DNA from: Cereibacter sphaeroides 2.4.1
GTDB taxonomy: Bacteria; Pseudomonadota; Alphaproteobacteria; Rhodobacterales; Rhodobacteraceae
Length of the DNA: 32,000 nucleotides
NCBI RefSeq assembly: GCF_000012905.2
Contig: NC_007493.2
Span: 2,910,001 to 2,942,000 of the forward strand
Direction of reading: 5' to 3'
In this document: positions 28,445 to 32,000 of the stretch, piece by piece
Numbering within the stretch: the first letter of the stretch is position 1
Layout: each line of letters starts with the position of its first letter
Made by a program: the position numbers and the translations under genes
Notes under the pieces: generated by a model
Told to the model about the DNA's origin: nothing
What the model saw: the letters and a program-made list of their open reading frames with translations, nothing else
Database searches by the model: none

Positions 28445-29593
28445 TCAGCCGGTCATGCCGTCCCAGAAGCCCTTCACCTTCGAGAAGAAGCTCTTGCCCT
28501 CGGGGTTGTTGTCCTCGGAGAGCTTCTCGAACTCGCGCAGGAGCTCCTTCTGGCGGGCGGTCAGGTTGACCGGGGTCTCGACCGCCAGCTCGATCAGCAT
28601 GTCGCCCGCCCCGCCGCCGCGGAGCGCGGGCATCCCCTTGCCGCGCAGGCGCATCTGCTTGCCGGTCTGGCTACCGGCCGGGATCTTCACGCGGCTCGAC
28701 CCGCCGTCGATGGTGGGCACCTCGACCTCGCCGCCGAGGGCCGCGGCCGCGATCGAGACCGGCACGCGGCAGAAGAGATGCACCCCGTCGCGCTGGAACA
28801 GCGCATGTTCGCGCACCTCGATGAAGATGTAGAGGTCGCCGGAGGGGCCGCCCCGCATCCCGGCCTCGCCCTCCCCGGCCAGCCGGATCCGCGTGCCGGT
28901 CTCGACCCCCGCGGGGATATTGACCGAGAGCGACCGTTCCTTCTCGACCCGTCCCGCGCCGTGGCAGACCTTGCACGGGTTCTTCACGATCTGCCCCATG
29001 CCGTTACAGGTCGGGCAGGTGCGCTCCACGGTGAAGAAGCCCTGCTGCGCCCGCACCTTGCCCATGCCCGAGCAGGTCGGGCAGGTGACGGCCTCGGCCC
29101 CGCCTTCGGCGCCGGTGCCCTTGCAGGCGTCGCAGGCCACCGAGGCCGGGACGTTGATCGTCTTCTGGACGCCGCGATAGGCCTCGTCGAGCGTCACGCG
29201 CAGATTGTAGCGCAGGTCCGACCCGCGTTGCGCGCGGCTCCGCGGGGCGCCGCCGCGGCCCCCCATGAAGTCGCCGAACAGATCCTCGAACACGTCGGAG
29301 AAGGCGGAGGCGAAATCCCCCTGCTGGCCGTAGCCGCCGCCGGCGCGGGCGCCGCCGCCCATGCCGCCCTCGAAGGCCGCATGGCCGTAGCGGTCGTAGG
29401 CGGCCTTCTTGTCGGCGTCGCGAAGGACGTCGTAGGCCTCGTTCACTTCCTTGAACTGGGCCTCGGCCTGAGGGTTGTCCGCGTTCCGGTCGGGGTGGAG
29501 TTCCTTCGCCTTCGTTCGGTAGGCCTTCTTCAGCTCGTCAGCCGAGGCCGTGCGGGATACGCCCAGAACCTCGTAATAATCGCGCTTTGCCAT
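28445..29593 (-). CDS. dnaJ: Molecular chaperone DnaJ, 382 aa
   Basis: [12 protein letters not shown] ... HPD is the J domain. A Gly-rich linker follows. The four CxxCxGxG zinc-finger repeats are [24 protein letters not shown] and CKVCHGAG. The ATG at 29593 is used. The track ORF starts 7 codons earlier. Confidence 0.97.
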   Translation of the reverse strand: MAKRDYYEVLGVSRTASADELKKAYRTKAKELHPDRNADNPQAEAQFKEVNEAYDVLRDADKKAAYDRYGHAAFEGGMGGGARAGGGYGQQGDFASAFSDVFEDLFGDFMGGRGGAPRSRAQRGSDLRYNLRVTLDEAYRGVQKTINVPASVACDACKGTGAEGGAEAVTCPTCSGMGKVRAQQGFFTVERTCPTCNGMGQIVKNPCKVCHGAGRVEKERSLSVNIPAGVETGTRIRLAGEGEAGMRGGPSGDLYIFIEVREHALFQRDGVHLFCRVPVSIAAAALGGEVEVPTIDGGSSRVKIPAGSQTGKQMRLRGKGMPALRGGGAGDMLIELAVETPVNLTARQKELLREFEKLSEDNNPEGKSFFSKVKGFWDGMTG

Positions 29594-29620
29594 TGGCACA
29601 TCCCCTTGGGCCACGCGAGT

Positions 29621-29645
29621 GGGGCGGCCCTTTCGAGACCGCCCC
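29621..29645 (-). other. Stable stem-loop in the dnaK-dnaJ spacer
   Basis: On the minus strand GGGGCGGTC pairs with GGCCGCCCC (one G-U pair) around a 7-nt loop. No U-tract follows. It is typical of intra-operon processing or partial-termination hairpins. Confidence 0.4.
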
Positions 29646-29665
29646 CCTCACGTTCCGTTGCGGCC

Positions 29666-31576
<1,911 letters not shown>

Positions 31577-31690
31577 GTTGTGCACCTCTCTTGCGGCGAT
31601 GTTGTGGGGGTCAGGCCCGACTGTCGGCGTCCGATCCCCGATCCCGAAATTCCTGCCATCCGGGGTGGCGCCCCTTCCGGCTACCGGGCG

Positions 31691-31720
31691 TATATAGGGG
31701 GGGGGATTTGGGGCTGCAAG
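31691..31720 (-). promoter_or_regulatory. RpoH (sigma32)-type heat-shock promoter of dnaKJ
   Basis: The minus strand reads CTTGCAG-CCCCAAATCCCCCCC-CCTATATA, that is CTTG-N18-CCTATAT. This matches the published alphaproteobacterial sigma32 pattern (CTTG ... CCTATNT). It lies about 115 nt upstream of the dnaK ATG. Confidence 0.6.
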
Positions 31721-31740
31721 CGTCACGCGGGCGTGAAAAT

Positions 31741-31767
31741 CATGTCAAAGACCGCGGGTCCGCGGTC
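31741..31767 (-). terminator. Intrinsic terminator of the pip-like gene
   Basis: On the minus strand GACCGCGG pairs with CCGCGGTC (31767-31760 / 31757-31750). TTTGACATGATTTTC follows. Confidence 0.6.
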
Positions 31768-31788
31768 CCTCCGCAGGCTGCGGCCTCG

Positions 31789-32000
31789 TCAGGGAAGCGT
31801 GTCCATCACGCGGACGAGTTCGGCGCTGATGCCGGGTTCCGAGAGCGCGTGGCCCGCGAACGGCACGATCCTGAGATCCGCCTTCTCCCACCCGTCGGCC
31901 AGCGTCCAGGCGGAGACCGGCGGGCAGATCATGTCGTAGCGCCCCTGCACGATCACCGCCGGGATATGCTCGATCCGGTGGCGGTTGGCGAGGATCCAGC
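31789..32000 (-). CDS. pip: Alpha/beta hydrolase, proline iminopeptidase-like, C-terminal 69 codons (gene runs off the right edge)
   Basis: Hand translation of the minus strand gives WILANRHRIEHIPAVIVQGRYDMICPPVSAWTLADGWEKADLRIVPFAGHALSEPGISAELVRVMDTLP*. The pattern ...GRYD..CP...AW.L.....A.L.I...AGHS..EPGI is characteristic of prolyl aminopeptidase C-termini. Confidence 0.7.
   Translation of the reverse strand, partial: WILANRHRIEHIPAVIVQGRYDMICPPVSAWTLADGWEKADLRIVPFAGHALSEPGISAELVRVMDTLP

Overview
This is a high-GC segment with very strong G/C bias at codon position 3. Gene content and protein sequences look like an alphaproteobacterial chromosome, probably Rhodobacteraceae, though that placement is inference only. 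The window is densely packed with conserved housekeeping genes: 29 confident protein genes, one candidate 46-codon ORF and one tRNA. In order they are gltB (5' part, minus), a GFA-family gene, an unknown secreted protein, gltD, uppP, an NDUFA9-like NAD(P)-binding protein, tRNA-Leu(CAG), an RNase D-like exonuclease, kdsD-lptC-lptA-lptB, hpf-ptsN, galU, kdsB, cysQ, rimP-nusA-ylxR-like-infB, the small ORF, mutT-argJ-parvulin PPIase (minus), secA, a PstS-like/OmpA-fusion protein, radC, dnaJ-dnaK (minus) and the 3' end of a proline iminopeptidase-like gene. I found no transposase, integrase, CRISPR array, restriction-modification, toxin-antitoxin or recognisable defence or secondary-metabolite cluster. 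I therefore do not think the window holds a novel multi-gene system. The many very long ORFs in the track that lie antisense to real genes are GC-driven shadow frames. The observations worth a second look are all small-scale. (1) A perfect 7-bp microsatellite of about 15.8 copies lies between the dnaJ terminator and radC. (2) A candidate promoter plus intrinsic-terminator leader sits directly in front of rimP-nusA-infB. (3) A hairpin in the tRNA-Leu trailer buries the RBS of the downstream RNase D-like gene. (4) Two unrelated genes, one an unknown secreted protein, are nested between gltD and gltB. (5) The lptB-hpf junction lacks rpoN. (6) An AT-rich islet with a 46-codon ORF follows infB. (7) Two roughly 400-bp non-coding spacers flank galU. 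(8) One protein fuses a periplasmic phosphate-binding fold to an OmpA-like domain. All coordinates were derived by hand from the sequence and ORF track, and no database search was possible.
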